A DNA stretch of 64,000 nt from Patescibacteria group bacterium (GTDB lineage Bacteria; Patescibacteriota; Minisyncoccia; Moranbacterales; GWC2-37-73). The notes beneath the pieces were generated by a model. That model was not told the origin of the DNA and made no database searches. It saw only the letters and a program-made list of their open reading frames with translations. Location: positions 350 to 64,349 of the forward strand of contig DASVYU010000015.1 in the NCBI GenBank assembly GCA_036391995.1. Direction: 5' to 3'. The stretch's first letter is position 1. Every line of letters begins with the position of its first letter. Below are positions 48,721-60,282 of the stretch, piece by piece. A program made the translations under genes and the position numbers.

Positions 48721-49968
48721 CTACTTATAGCGCAAAGCGTCCAATGGGTCAATTTTGCTAGCGCGACGTGCTGGCACAAAGCCTGTGAAGAAACCAACTA
48801 CAGCGGAGAATCCTATGATAGCCAAAACGAACCACATAGGGCTATAGAACAAGCTGACTTTTTGTCCACCAAAGCGAGTGGCCACGATATTGATCAAAGT
48901 GTTGAAGCCCACCCCTCCCAACCATCCGATCGCAACTCCCGACAAACCTCCAAGGAAACCCATGATTGCGGATTCCATGAAGAACATGACAGAAATAACC
49001 CTGTCTGATGCTCCGATTGATTTCATAATCCCGATTTCTTCCGTCCTTTCCAAAAGGGTGATGGTCATGGTATTGAACATACCAATAGCAGAAACCACCA
49101 AGGCGATGAAGCCGAAGATCATCAGAATGATCTGTATCCAAGTGAATATCTGATTGGCCTGATCAACAGTTTCAGAAAGCGAAGAAACCAGCAACCCATA
49201 ACCGAGGATCGTGTCGCGAATCATTGCCATTTGGGTATTGGAATGCGTCTTAACTTTCAATTGGCCATACCTGTCTATATTCAACTCCCCGAGAGATGCC
49301 GAATTTATATAAACGATATTATCCTCCCCATCCACAACTCCAACGACGGTATATTTTTTGTCACTATCGACGCGATTGAAATCGCTTTGAGAAGTCGAAT
49401 CGGATTGTGAAGTCGAGCTGTCTGCTTGCTTATCACCAGCAGATGCTTCGATATTTTTAGGAATGAAGAATGAGAAAGTCATTTCCTTGCCCATCATCTC
49501 ATCAGCGCTTTTGCCAAAAACCTGAGCTACAGCGCTGCTTATTATGATTCCTTCTGGATTATTATCATCCAACAAACCACCTTTCGTAGGCTTGAATCCA
49601 CCGAGTTTCAAAAATGAAGGCTTGGTGCCGATTGTCACGAGATCAGCGGAAAGATCATCCAGATGTCCCTGGGTTGTTATTTGGAAAGCAGGACTCACTT
49701 CATCAACCCCAGACAAAGCCTTGATCTTATCTATCATTTCATTATCCAAACTGACAACACCAGATTTGGCTTCAGACACATCAAGCGTCAGCAAAGAATC
49801 AGAAGTAGTTATCCTTTCCAACAGTGTTTTTTGCAAACCATAACCCAAAGAAACAAGAAAAAGGATCGCCCCGATACCTATGCTCATACCTAAAATGGTC
49901 AAGAGCGTCCTGGACGTCCTGGCCTTGAACATGCGCGTGGATAATTTGAATAGATCTGCAAATTTCAT
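48721..49968 (-). CDS. MacB/FtsX-type ABC transporter permease
   Basis: RTLLTILGMSIGIG, ERTEEIGIMKSIGA, PARRASKIDPLDALR. Confidence 0.92.
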   Translation of the reverse strand: MKFADLFKLSTRMFKARTSRTLLTILGMSIGIGAILFLVSLGYGLQKTLLERITTSDSLLTLDVSEAKSGVVSLDNEMIDKIKALSGVDEVSPAFQITTQGHLDDLSADLVTIGTKPSFLKLGGFKPTKGGLLDDNNPEGIIISSAVAQVFGKSADEMMGKEMTFSFFIPKNIEASAGDKQADSSTSQSDSTSQSDFNRVDSDKKYTVVGVVDGEDNIVYINSASLGELNIDRYGQLKVKTHSNTQMAMIRDTILGYGLLVSSLSETVDQANQIFTWIQIILMIFGFIALVVSAIGMFNTMTITLLERTEEIGIMKSIGASDRVISVMFFMESAIMGFLGGLSGVAIGWLGGVGFNTLINIVATRFGGQKVSLFYSPMWFVLAIIGFSAVVGFFTGFVPARRASKIDPLDALRYK

Positions 49969-51279
49969 TTACGCGGAATATTTTAATAGCATAATTAGCT
50001 CCACCTCACGTACGACTTTTTCTGCTGTGCCTTTATAAAGACCAGCACCACCTAGCGACTTCGGCGCATCAAGCCTTTGTTGCAGTCCAAATCTGTCTAT
50101 CTTGTTTTCTGTTCGCAATTTTATGAATGAGCGGAACCTGAGCATAACATCATCATCCAATTTCAAATGGCAGGTTTCAATCAGATAATCGCAAAAAGGA
50201 ACAAGGCTGTCATCACCACTTTCATTGAGTTTCTGCACATTTTCCAGAATGGTTTTCACGCGCTGAGTGAAGTGCATGGCTCGGAGCCTATTCCAACCAG
50301 CACCACCTTTTTCCAGATCAAGATCCAGTTTCTCAAAAAGTCCCGCTCCATCGATATTACTGAATAAGAATTCTTTTATGATATTTTCCGCAGATGTGAT
50401 TTGCTCTTCAGTCAGCTCAGAAGTGATATGGGAAAGAAGCTGCTTAGCCTTGAAAGGAATCAGCAACACTCCCACTTGCTGCAAAGAAAGATTCTTGAAA
50501 GTACGCATAAGGAGCTTAAGTTCTCCTGATATTTCATCGGGAGTCGAAGTAATATCCCTAATGACAGCTTCCTTGGGTCGCTTCTCTTGGTTAATTTCCT
50601 CGCTGACTTTTTTCCCGTCTTTCATGTGGATGATGCGATCAGCGTACACCAAGTGTTCGGGATTGTGGGTAACCATAATGAGCGTCTTTTTGTCCTGCTC
50701 GTTGATTTCCTTGAAAATGTCGAGCACGTTTTGGGCCGATTCGGAGTCCAAGTTTCCCACTGGTTCGTCAGCCAATATGATGTCCGGATTATTCACCAAA
50801 GCTCGCGCGATCGAAACACGTTGCTTCTGTCCTCCGGACAGCTGCGCCGGAAATCGGTGTGCCTGCTCAGCAATACCGAAGCGTCGCAGCAGCTCCATGG
50901 CTTTTTCTCTGCGCTCCTTTAGATTCTCCCCGCGAAAAACTTTCGGCAAACAGACATTATCCAACACGGTCAATGTTTCAATCAAATAGAAAGCCTGAAA
51001 AACCATGCCTATCTTGGTCTGGTGAAATTCCACTTTCTCGCGCTTGCTCATCTGCGCCAGATTCTTACCTTCCACAACTACATCCCCAAACGTCGGCGCC
51101 TGCAAACCTGAAATGCCGTATAGCAAAGTCGACTTTCCGCAACCGGAAGGACCGAAGATAATGATATATTCTTCAGGATATATTTCCACACTGACACCAT
51201 CCAAGGAACGCACTTCATTGGATTTGCCTTTGTTGTAGATAACCCTGAGCTGATCTACTTTTATGCACGGATCTGACAT
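49969..51279 (-). CDS. ABC transporter ATP-binding protein (LolD/MacB type) with ~200-aa C-terminal extension
   Basis: GPSGCGKS, LSGGQKQR, ADEPVGNLD, VTH. Confidence 0.92.
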   Translation of the reverse strand: MSDPCIKVDQLRVIYNKGKSNEVRSLDGVSVEIYPEEYIIIFGPSGCGKSTLLYGISGLQAPTFGDVVVEGKNLAQMSKREKVEFHQTKIGMVFQAFYLIETLTVLDNVCLPKVFRGENLKERREKAMELLRRFGIAEQAHRFPAQLSGGQKQRVSIARALVNNPDIILADEPVGNLDSESAQNVLDIFKEINEQDKKTLIMVTHNPEHLVYADRIIHMKDGKKVSEEINQEKRPKEAVIRDITSTPDEISGELKLLMRTFKNLSLQQVGVLLIPFKAKQLLSHITSELTEEQITSAENIIKEFLFSNIDGAGLFEKLDLDLEKGGAGWNRLRAMHFTQRVKTILENVQKLNESGDDSLVPFCDYLIETCHLKLDDDVMLRFRSFIKLRTENKIDRFGLQQRLDAPKSLGGAGLYKGTAEKVVREVELIMLLKYSA

Positions 51280-51407
51280 TTTTTTGTTTCTTTTTGTATC
51301 TGGAAACCCAAAAATATTCCTCTGAACGTTTTCGAGAAACTAACGATCTACCCACAGCCTTACATAGTTTAGATTATAACACAAAATAAAAAAGATCGAC
51401 AGGACTT

Positions 51408-52652
<1,245 letters not shown>

Positions 52653-52674
52653 TTATTTGTAAACAAATGCCATG

Positions 52675-54579
52675 CTACTGTGAAACTTTTCCGCCGCCAT
52701 AGCCCACACTCGAATCTTCATATAGCTGAGTGTTTTTCGCTCCAGCCTGCAGCGACAGGTCCTTGCCAGTGAAAGTGTCAGTAGCTGTAAAATTCGATTG
52801 ATTGACAAGTGAAACCGGTCCGCCGACCTGATTGGTCTGCGGAGTCACTCCGACCTGGAAATCCATTTCCTTGACTGGCGAAAGCACTCCTGCTCCAGCG
52901 GAAACATTGCCAACATTCCATGTGATTTGATTGGTCCTACTGTTGTAGTTTACTTTGGCATCACTCGGATAAATGGAACCTGTCCACCTTACGCCCGAAG
53001 GTAAAGAAGAAGTTATTGTCGCATTGGCAATATCATTGGAAATATTGGTAATGGAAAAATGCATAGTGAAAGTCGTTTCTTTTCCTACCTGGATCGGAAT
53101 CGGACCAGTGTTCTTTATCTGCTGGTCGTTGTAATATCCCTTGACATCGAATAAGACTTTTGAGGCCAGCTTAAGATCAAGTTGGTTGCTGCCGATTATC
53201 TTATTGGAATCGATAGGAGTTGGAATGTCAGGACTGTCTATCTTGGCGATAGATGAGACTATGAAATTCTTATCACTGGAATTATTGACTGGAATGATGG
53301 ATTTGACCGGAATCTGAAAATGGACTTCTCCGCCAGCGCCAGGATTAATATTGGCCAGACTCGGAACATCGGAGGCTTTCCAAGTGATCGTGTTGCTAGC
53401 GCCATCAAAAGCTCCTTTTTCTATGTTTATTTTAGAAAAATCCAACACTTTGCCGTTTATCTGTTCCGTTATGATCGCATCGCGAAGTCCCGTTGAACTT
53501 GTATTTTTATATGAAATCGTATATTTCAACACATCCCCAGCCTGCACTACGCCATCAGTATTACTATCCAGTTTCTGCACGACAGCCAAAGAAGGTGAGA
53601 CCATGCTCGTTGCACTGTCATTCTTATTGTAGACAGCCAGCTGTCCATTGCTGCCGACATGACCCAATGACACACTGATGTTTTTGCTTTCGCCAGTTCC
53701 ACCGTGCATCTGCCCTTGAACGCGGATCTGTCCGCCTTGTCCTGCCTCCAAATTGCCCAACAGCCAATTAGTATCCTGTGATGCAGCAGGCTGAGCACCG
53801 ATTATTTTAAAACCTGAAGGAAAATCAACATGTATCTGGATCGCACTCAATCTGCGCGTATCCAGATTCTTATAGTCGATCACGTATTCCACCTTGTCCC
53901 CATCAACCGCCTGCTTGGGAGCAGTCACTTCAAGGAGCACGGGCGAGGTAGTAATGTTCACTCCCAATTGTCCCTCCATAGAAAGCTGCTCGCTGCCATT
54001 AGACGGAGTGAAAAGCAAAGTGGCGCGCAGATACACAGGCGAATCCTTGGGAGCATAGAAAATTCCCTTGAGTTCAACTTGCCCTTCACTGCTCGGCGCG
54101 ATGTCAGGGATGAATATTTTGCCAGTCGAAGGACTCAGGGATTTGAGATTCAAATTATCGATCGGTTGGAAATTTTCAGAATAACTCAGATCTATCTCGG
54201 GATTTTTCAGCGTCACTCTGTTGTCATTCTTGTAATGGATGATGTATTGCATTTGCTGCGTACTATCAGCCTCCTTGGGACCTTCGAAATATATGGAGAC
54301 GCGATCCTGGTGGAAAGCATTCTTTGCCCACCATCTGTAAAAGATGGTTCCGCCGACAGCCAACACAATGATAGATAAAATGGACAAGCCGATCCATAAT
54401 TTCTTCTTCTGTTTTGGCGTCAATCCTTTCTGCGCCCTGTCCCACTCCTTGTTCTCATCAAATGGACTGGTTTGCCCAGCAGCCACAAAAGGATCATATT
54501 GGCTCTGCTCATGCGTATGCTGCGCAAGAGATTGGGAATCCTGATTATACAATTCCCTATTCAAATCATTAAGAGGCAT
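52675..54579 (-). CDS. Membrane-anchored multi-Ig-fold (DUF11-like) surface protein
   Basis: Single TM helix, then repeated GDxxxYxIxYKN beta-sandwich motifs. Confidence 0.75.
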   Translation of the reverse strand: MPLNDLNRELYNQDSQSLAQHTHEQSQYDPFVAAGQTSPFDENKEWDRAQKGLTPKQKKKLWIGLSILSIIVLAVGGTIFYRWWAKNAFHQDRVSIYFEGPKEADSTQQMQYIIHYKNDNRVTLKNPEIDLSYSENFQPIDNLNLKSLSPSTGKIFIPDIAPSSEGQVELKGIFYAPKDSPVYLRATLLFTPSNGSEQLSMEGQLGVNITTSPVLLEVTAPKQAVDGDKVEYVIDYKNLDTRRLSAIQIHVDFPSGFKIIGAQPAASQDTNWLLGNLEAGQGGQIRVQGQMHGGTGESKNISVSLGHVGSNGQLAVYNKNDSATSMVSPSLAVVQKLDSNTDGVVQAGDVLKYTISYKNTSSTGLRDAIITEQINGKVLDFSKINIEKGAFDGASNTITWKASDVPSLANINPGAGGEVHFQIPVKSIIPVNNSSDKNFIVSSIAKIDSPDIPTPIDSNKIIGSNQLDLKLASKVLFDVKGYYNDQQIKNTGPIPIQVGKETTFTMHFSITNISNDIANATITSSLPSGVRWTGSIYPSDAKVNYNSRTNQITWNVGNVSAGAGVLSPVKEMDFQVGVTPQTNQVGGPVSLVNQSNFTATDTFTGKDLSLQAGAKNTQLYEDSSVGYGGGKVSQ

Positions 54580-54627
54580 GGCTTTTTTTATTTCTATTTT
54601 AATCTTTGTCTTATTATACCACAAATT

Positions 54628-55344
54628 CTACAGATTCCAGCGCAAGAATTCATCCAGCATAAGTCGAGCGCTATCATGATCAGCTTGCGAGGCTTTTATT
54701 TTGGAAAGAGAGCGCATTTCATTGCCCAAAAACAGGCGCAGCATCTTCACAGCATCAGGGCGGACAGAAATTGTGCCTTGAGAGCTTTGCTTGCAGTTTT
54801 CACATAGCACGCCGCCATGACGGGCGCTAAAATAAATGCTTTCTTTGGATAGGCCAGCGCCACAAATTACACAAGAAGACACCTCAATGGTGTAGCCGAG
54901 CGCATTCAGCAATTTCATAATGAAACCTAGACGCAAAATTTCATATTTTTCAATATCAAAACTGATGACGCTTGCATTTATGGTTTCCAGAAAACTCTTG
55001 AGCAAATTGAAAGTGTTCTCATCCGGGTGCTCGAAATCCACAAGCTTGTCGAATGTTTTCAAAGCATCGAATGTCTTGAGAAGCGCATCACAATCGCTTT
55101 TAAGAAAAGTGAAATTATCTTCCACGATCGAACCGGTTATTTTTCCCAAACCCTTGGTGCGCATAAGAGTGACATCAGCCAAGGTGATGTTTTCCAAGGA
55201 AGCTGCCAGCTTAGCATGCGGCTTGCGCACGCCTTTGGCTAAGGATTTAATCTTGCCGCCCTCCTGAGTGTAGAGCGTATAGATACGGTCGGTCTCGCCC
55301 ACATCGCGCTTATTTAAGATAATACCGGTATATTTATATTCCAT
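54628..55344 (-). CDS. recO: DNA repair protein RecO
   Basis: GIILNKRDVGETDRI, AKGVRK, CVICG...CENC zinc finger. Confidence 0.92.
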   Translation of the reverse strand: MEYKYTGIILNKRDVGETDRIYTLYTQEGGKIKSLAKGVRKPHAKLAASLENITLADVTLMRTKGLGKITGSIVEDNFTFLKSDCDALLKTFDALKTFDKLVDFEHPDENTFNLLKSFLETINASVISFDIEKYEILRLGFIMKLLNALGYTIEVSSCVICGAGLSKESIYFSARHGGVLCENCKQSSQGTISVRPDAVKMLRLFLGNEMRSLSKIKASQADHDSARLMLDEFLRWNL

Positions 55345-55428
55345 ATTGCCATTATACAAGCTAAACCCGAACAAAAAAAGCAAAGACGTCCTATATGGAG
55401 CGTCTTTGCTAAAAGATCTCTATTCCTA

Positions 55429-58338
55429 TTATCGCTTGATGGCTATCCAAACATTCTCGCCATCTATTGTAAATTCCTTAGCAAGGTCAGCACTTTCGTT
55501 TTTTCCCTCATCCAAGCTATCAGAAAGCGTTTCTTTGCGGATAAGGTCGCCGAATTTGGCAAACACTTCCAGCATTCCATTATACCAGATATTGATGCGA
55601 TTGTCAACATCATATCCGGCTTCCTTGCGCATCTCCTGGATATGACGGATGATCTCCCGCGCCTTGCCTTCCATGATCAGATCTTTGCTAAGCTCGGTAT
55701 CCAGAACCACATTCGCTTCTTGGGCAGTGTCAACGACGACCTCCTTCACATTCAACTCCTCCTTGATGATGTCGGTCAATTCTTCGCCGAAAGATTCCTT
55801 GATTGAAACCTTAGCCAAAGGCTGGCGCACTTTGACCTTAGCCACAGCTCTTAGCTGCAATCCCTCGCTGACGACTTCGCGCACCTTGCGCATGTCATCA
55901 TTAAGCAAGCCGTCGATATGTGTGCGATCCCCTGTCGGCAGATCCTCCAAGTGCACCGATTCTTTGCCGGTAAGGTTCTTGAATATCTCTTCCGCAACAA
56001 ACGGTGTGAACGGCGCCATCAGCTTAGAAAGCGTCACCAGCACGTGGTGCAGGGTTGCATAAGCTTCGTTCTTGTCAGTGTCATTCTCACTCTTCCAGAA
56101 ACGCTTGCGCGACCTTCTCACATACCAATTAGAAAGATCATCCACGAAGCGCGGGAAAAGACGGGCCGCGCGATTGAGCTCATATTTTTCCATAGCATCA
56201 TGATAATTCTCAATCAGAGAATTGAGTTCGGAAAGGATCCAGCGATCCAGCAGATTGTTGGCTGCGGAATGCTTGAATTTCTCCTCATGTTCCCATTTGT
56301 CGATATTGGCATAGAGAACAAAGAAAGAATAGCTGTTCCAAAGCATGCGCATCATTCCGCTGACCAGCTGCGCCACATCCTTTTCGGAGAAGTTTAGATT
56401 CTGCGCTGCCACCACAGGCGAAGACATGAGATAGAAGCGCAATACATCCGCTCCGTATTTGTCGAAAACCAGAGTGGGATCAGGATAATTATTCAAGCGC
56501 TTGCTCATCTTTTTCCCATCTTCTGCCAGCACGATGCCATTTACAATCACATGATCGAAAGCCGGAGAACTCTTGAGCGCAGTCGCAATCACATGCAGAT
56601 AATAGAACCAAGCGCGAGTCTGATCCACGCCTTCCGCGATGAAATCAGCCGGAAAGCCTTGCTCGAATTTCTCACTGTTCTCGAAAGGATAATGCAGCTG
56701 CGCATATGGCATGGAACCGCTATCAAACCAGGTATCCAAAACATCAGGCACTCTTCTCATTTCGCCGCCGCATTTGTCGCAAGCGAAAACGATCTTATCC
56801 ACGACATGCTTGTGCAGATCCGTTACTTCCTGTCCGCTAGCTGCGCCAAGTTCTGCCACAGAGCCGAAAACTTTCGTCTCTCCACATTCACATCTCCAGA
56901 TCGGCATGACTGAAGCCCAGAAGCGCTGACGACTGATGGACCAGTCGCGTGCACCGGAAAGCCATTTGCCGAAGCGCCCTTCTTTGATGTGTTCAGGCGA
57001 CCAATGGATCTTATGCGCCAATTCCAAAGCCTCCGGCTTAATGTCGGTCACTTTCACGAACCATGATGACGTCGCGTAGTTTATGAGCGGCGTGTCGCAT
57101 CTCCAGCAGTGCGGATAGCTGTGTTCGTATTTCTCCTTGGCAAAAAGCAAACCGTTCTTGGCCAGATATTTGATGATTTCCACATCGGTCGTGGTGTGAT
57201 CGCCTTTAGGTTTCACGTGCAAACCTGCGAATTCCCCAGCTTCCTCCTTGATCACGCCATTCATGCCAACATGCTGCACGAATGGCAGATTATCGCTCTG
57301 TCCCAATTTCAAGTCATCTTCACCGAAAGCTGGTGCGATATGCACCACGCCTGTACCATCCTCAGTTGTCACGAAATCAGCTCCATATACTTTCCAACCT
57401 CTTTCGAAATTCTCGATCGAAGGTTTGGCATAATAATCAAACAGCGGCTTGTATGCTTTGCCAATAAGCTCAGACCCCTTAACTTCTTTGGTTATGTTTA
57501 TTTTCTTGTCCTTGAAAAGTTCATTTGCGCGATCTTTGGCCACAACAAATATCTCATCTTTGAATTCTCCGTCCTTCTCCACATTCACCGTTTCCACATA
57601 AACATAGTCGATATCAAAGCCTACTGCCAAGGCCACATTCCCGATCAGTGTCCAAGGCGTCGTCGTCCAAGCCAGAATGGAAACACCCGGTTCATCCACG
57701 AGTTCGAATTTGGCAATGGCTGACAAATCTTTCACATCCATATAGCCCTCGCTGACTTCCTGCTGCGAAAGCGTCGTCTCGCAGCGCGGACAAACATGCA
57801 TGGAGCGATAGCCTTCGTAGATCAGCCCTTTGTCCCAGAGCTGCTTGAATACCCACCACACCGATTCCATGTATGGCAGATCCATGGTCTTGTAGGAATT
57901 CTCCATGTCAGCCCAACGTCCCAAGCGATTAATCACTATTTTCCAATCATCCACATATTGCAAGACTTTCGAGCGGCACAGCTCGTTGAATTTTTCCACC
58001 CCCAATTTCTCGATGTCGCTCTTGGCCACTGAACCCAATTCCTTTTCCACGATGTTCTCGATCGGCAAACCATGGCAATCCCAACCCCATTTCCTTTCCA
58101 CCTGGAAACCGCGCATGGTCCAATAGCGCGGCACCACATCTTTCATGGTCGAAGCCACGATATGCCCATAATGAGGCATGCCGGTTGCAAACGGCGGACC
58201 ATCGAAGAAAGAATAGCGTTGCGCATCCTTCCTGTTCTCTATGGATTTCTCGAATATCTTGTTCTCGTTCCAGAATTTCAGCACTTCTTCTTCCATTTTC
58301 GGAAGACTTTGTTTGGGATCTACTTTTTTGAATGCCAT
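55429..58338 (-). CDS. ileS: Isoleucine--tRNA ligase, type II (archaeal/eukaryotic-like)
   Basis: DGPPFATGMPHYGH, WTTTPWTL, EGVDQTRAWF, KMSKRLNNYPDP. Confidence 0.97.
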   Translation of the reverse strand: MAFKKVDPKQSLPKMEEEVLKFWNENKIFEKSIENRKDAQRYSFFDGPPFATGMPHYGHIVASTMKDVVPRYWTMRGFQVERKWGWDCHGLPIENIVEKELGSVAKSDIEKLGVEKFNELCRSKVLQYVDDWKIVINRLGRWADMENSYKTMDLPYMESVWWVFKQLWDKGLIYEGYRSMHVCPRCETTLSQQEVSEGYMDVKDLSAIAKFELVDEPGVSILAWTTTPWTLIGNVALAVGFDIDYVYVETVNVEKDGEFKDEIFVVAKDRANELFKDKKINITKEVKGSELIGKAYKPLFDYYAKPSIENFERGWKVYGADFVTTEDGTGVVHIAPAFGEDDLKLGQSDNLPFVQHVGMNGVIKEEAGEFAGLHVKPKGDHTTTDVEIIKYLAKNGLLFAKEKYEHSYPHCWRCDTPLINYATSSWFVKVTDIKPEALELAHKIHWSPEHIKEGRFGKWLSGARDWSISRQRFWASVMPIWRCECGETKVFGSVAELGAASGQEVTDLHKHVVDKIVFACDKCGGEMRRVPDVLDTWFDSGSMPYAQLHYPFENSEKFEQGFPADFIAEGVDQTRAWFYYLHVIATALKSSPAFDHVIVNGIVLAEDGKKMSKRLNNYPDPTLVFDKYGADVLRFYLMSSPVVAAQNLNFSEKDVAQLVSGMMRMLWNSYSFFVLYANIDKWEHEEKFKHSAANNLLDRWILSELNSLIENYHDAMEKYELNRAARLFPRFVDDLSNWYVRRSRKRFWKSENDTDKNEAYATLHHVLVTLSKLMAPFTPFVAEEIFKNLTGKESVHLEDLPTGDRTHIDGLLNDDMRKVREVVSEGLQLRAVAKVKVRQPLAKVSIKESFGEELTDIIKEELNVKEVVVDTAQEANVVLDTELSKDLIMEGKAREIIRHIQEMRKEAGYDVDNRINIWYNGMLEVFAKFGDLIRKETLSDSLDEGKNESADLAKEFTIDGENVWIAIKR

Positions 58339-58350
58339 ATGATTTTCTTC

Positions 58351-58764
58351 TTATTTTTTAATACTAACAAAATCGTTTAATGCAAGCTTGGTAATCCTTG
58401 TAATTTTAGGATTATTTAAAAAATTTTCAGCAGTATCTTCAATAATAGCCTGCCCTTCATGTAGCACTAAGAAATTCTTGGCTACATTTTTTACAACAAA
58501 CACATGTATATTGTGTTCAACACCGTCTAATTCAATTGTTTTAAGGTAATCATTTAATTTATAAAACTCATGTCCAGACAATTCTAGCTCTAGCTCTTCA
58601 TTTAGCTCTCGTTCCAATGCCTGCATCTCGTTTTCACTACCCTCAACAGCACCACCAAACATGGCAATCCTGCCAGGATTCAATATCTTGGCGTTGTCAT
58701 CTTTATGTTGCAAAAGAATCTTGCCTTCTTTAGTTATAAGCAAAGCATGGCTAGCATTTAGCAT
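58351..58764 (-). CDS. NUDIX hydrolase
   Basis: GGAVEGSENEMQALERELNEELEL, near-complete Nudix box. Confidence 0.88.
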   Translation of the reverse strand: MLNASHALLITKEGKILLQHKDDNAKILNPGRIAMFGGAVEGSENEMQALERELNEELELELSGHEFYKLNDYLKTIELDGVEHNIHVFVVKNVAKNFLVLHEGQAIIEDTAENFLNNPKITRITKLALNDFVSIKK

Positions 58765-58784
58765 ATTTTTGAAAATATAAATAA

Positions 58785-59005
58785 AAAACGCCCTTATTCA
58801 GCATAAGGACGCCTTGAAAGCGTGGTACCACCTTAATTTAGCTTTTAGCTTCTAGCTTTTAGCTTTCAGGAATCCCCCCAAAAGCTAACGCGGCTAGCAG
58901 CTACAAGCTCTCATTTGCGGCTGTTACGGGCCTGCCCGTCAGAGTCTAATTTCCCGAAGGATTTCTTTCTGCAGCTCGGGAGTGATAGCTCCGTCATCGC
59001 TTTTG
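58785..59005 (-). promoter_or_regulatory. T-box riboswitch (Ile) with transcription terminator
   Basis: Minus strand: ggag-ctATCa-ctcc stem I, aagg-TGGTACC-acg...cgt-cctt antiterminator, cgtccttat...ataagggcg-tttttt terminator. Confidence 0.85.
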
Positions 59006-59018
59006 ATATATCCAAATA

Positions 59019-60188
59019 CTACTGCTTTTTGAAACTTTTGTAAATTCCCACGATTTCGCGCGCTGTCTTGTCCCAATCGAACTTCTTGGCTTGTGCCAAT
59101 CCCAATGAGCGGTAACGATTGCGCAGCGATTCGTCTTCGGCAAATTTGCTCATGGCTGATACCATATCATTCACGTCGCGCGGATTAACGAAATGCGCGG
59201 CACTGTCAGCGATTTCAGGCATGGAAGCCACATCTGAAACGATGGCTGGCGTCTGGGTCGCGAAAGCTTCCAGCACTGTCATCCCAAATCCTTCGTGCAA
59301 CGTCGGCATGATGAAGAATTCAGCTTTGCGGAAAAGCGGCACCAATTCATCCCCGATCACATAACCCGTAAAAACAACATCTTTAGCCAGTCCCAGATTC
59401 TTGATCATCTGCACATATTGCTTAGTAGCCCAGCCGCGCTTGCCAGCCAGCACCAACTGATAGTCGAATTTCCCGTTGTTCTTCTTTTTCTGCTCAGCTT
59501 TGAATCTTGCAAAAGCTTCCAATAATCTGGCAATATTTTTAGACGGCTCCAATGTTCCCAAGAACAAGATATACTTTTTCTCTATGCCATATTTTCCCAG
59601 CACTTTAGCCACATCAGATTCCGGTTCTTCAAAGAAGCGCTCATCCAATCCGCTATACACTACCTGGATCAATTCCGAAGGGATAGAGAGGAATTTCTCC
59701 ACATCCTTTTTGAGCGACTCGGAAACAGCCACGACCTTATCGGCTTTCTTGGCCATCAGGCGCATGACAGCTTTGTCGCGAGCCCTTTTCACAGGCGGCA
59801 ATTCCTTCGGGATGCGCATAGGCGCCATGTCATGGAAAGTCACAACCAGGTTGCCGCGATAACTCAAAGGTATGCGATTAAGTGAGGATGTGGCATGCAG
59901 CACGTCCAAATTCTCTTTTTGGAGCGTAGCCAGACCCAGGATCTCATTATAGGCTCCCGGCAGATATTTCTTGTAGTCGGAAAAAGGATAAAACTTGATC
60001 TTCACATTAGGACGCGAGAACTTTTTGACATCCTTTTCGCGCACGCGGAAGTCGAAGAACAGCACGTATTCGTTCTCCGTGTCATTTTTCAGAAGATGCC
60101 TGATAAGCTGGTATGTGTAGTGCCCCACGCCGATAGCATCCCCCTTTTCGGGGTTCAGGATCGAGCGGGCGTCAATTCCGATTCTCAT
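59019..60188 (-). CDS. GT4-family glycosyltransferase
   Basis: MRIGIDAR, GTLEPSKN, HEGFGMTVLEA. Confidence 0.9.
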   Translation of the reverse strand: MRIGIDARSILNPEKGDAIGVGHYTYQLIRHLLKNDTENEYVLFFDFRVREKDVKKFSRPNVKIKFYPFSDYKKYLPGAYNEILGLATLQKENLDVLHATSSLNRIPLSYRGNLVVTFHDMAPMRIPKELPPVKRARDKAVMRLMAKKADKVVAVSESLKKDVEKFLSIPSELIQVVYSGLDERFFEEPESDVAKVLGKYGIEKKYILFLGTLEPSKNIARLLEAFARFKAEQKKKNNGKFDYQLVLAGKRGWATKQYVQMIKNLGLAKDVVFTGYVIGDELVPLFRKAEFFIMPTLHEGFGMTVLEAFATQTPAIVSDVASMPEIADSAAHFVNPRDVNDMVSAMSKFAEDESLRNRYRSLGLAQAKKFDWDKTAREIVGIYKSFKKQ

Positions 60189-60282
60189 ATTTTTGCTTCA
60201 GACCCAACAGGCGCAAGCGGCTGATGAGCCTTCAATATTACACCTTATTGTGCTTCCTTGAGATTCGTTTGTCAAGAAGAAA

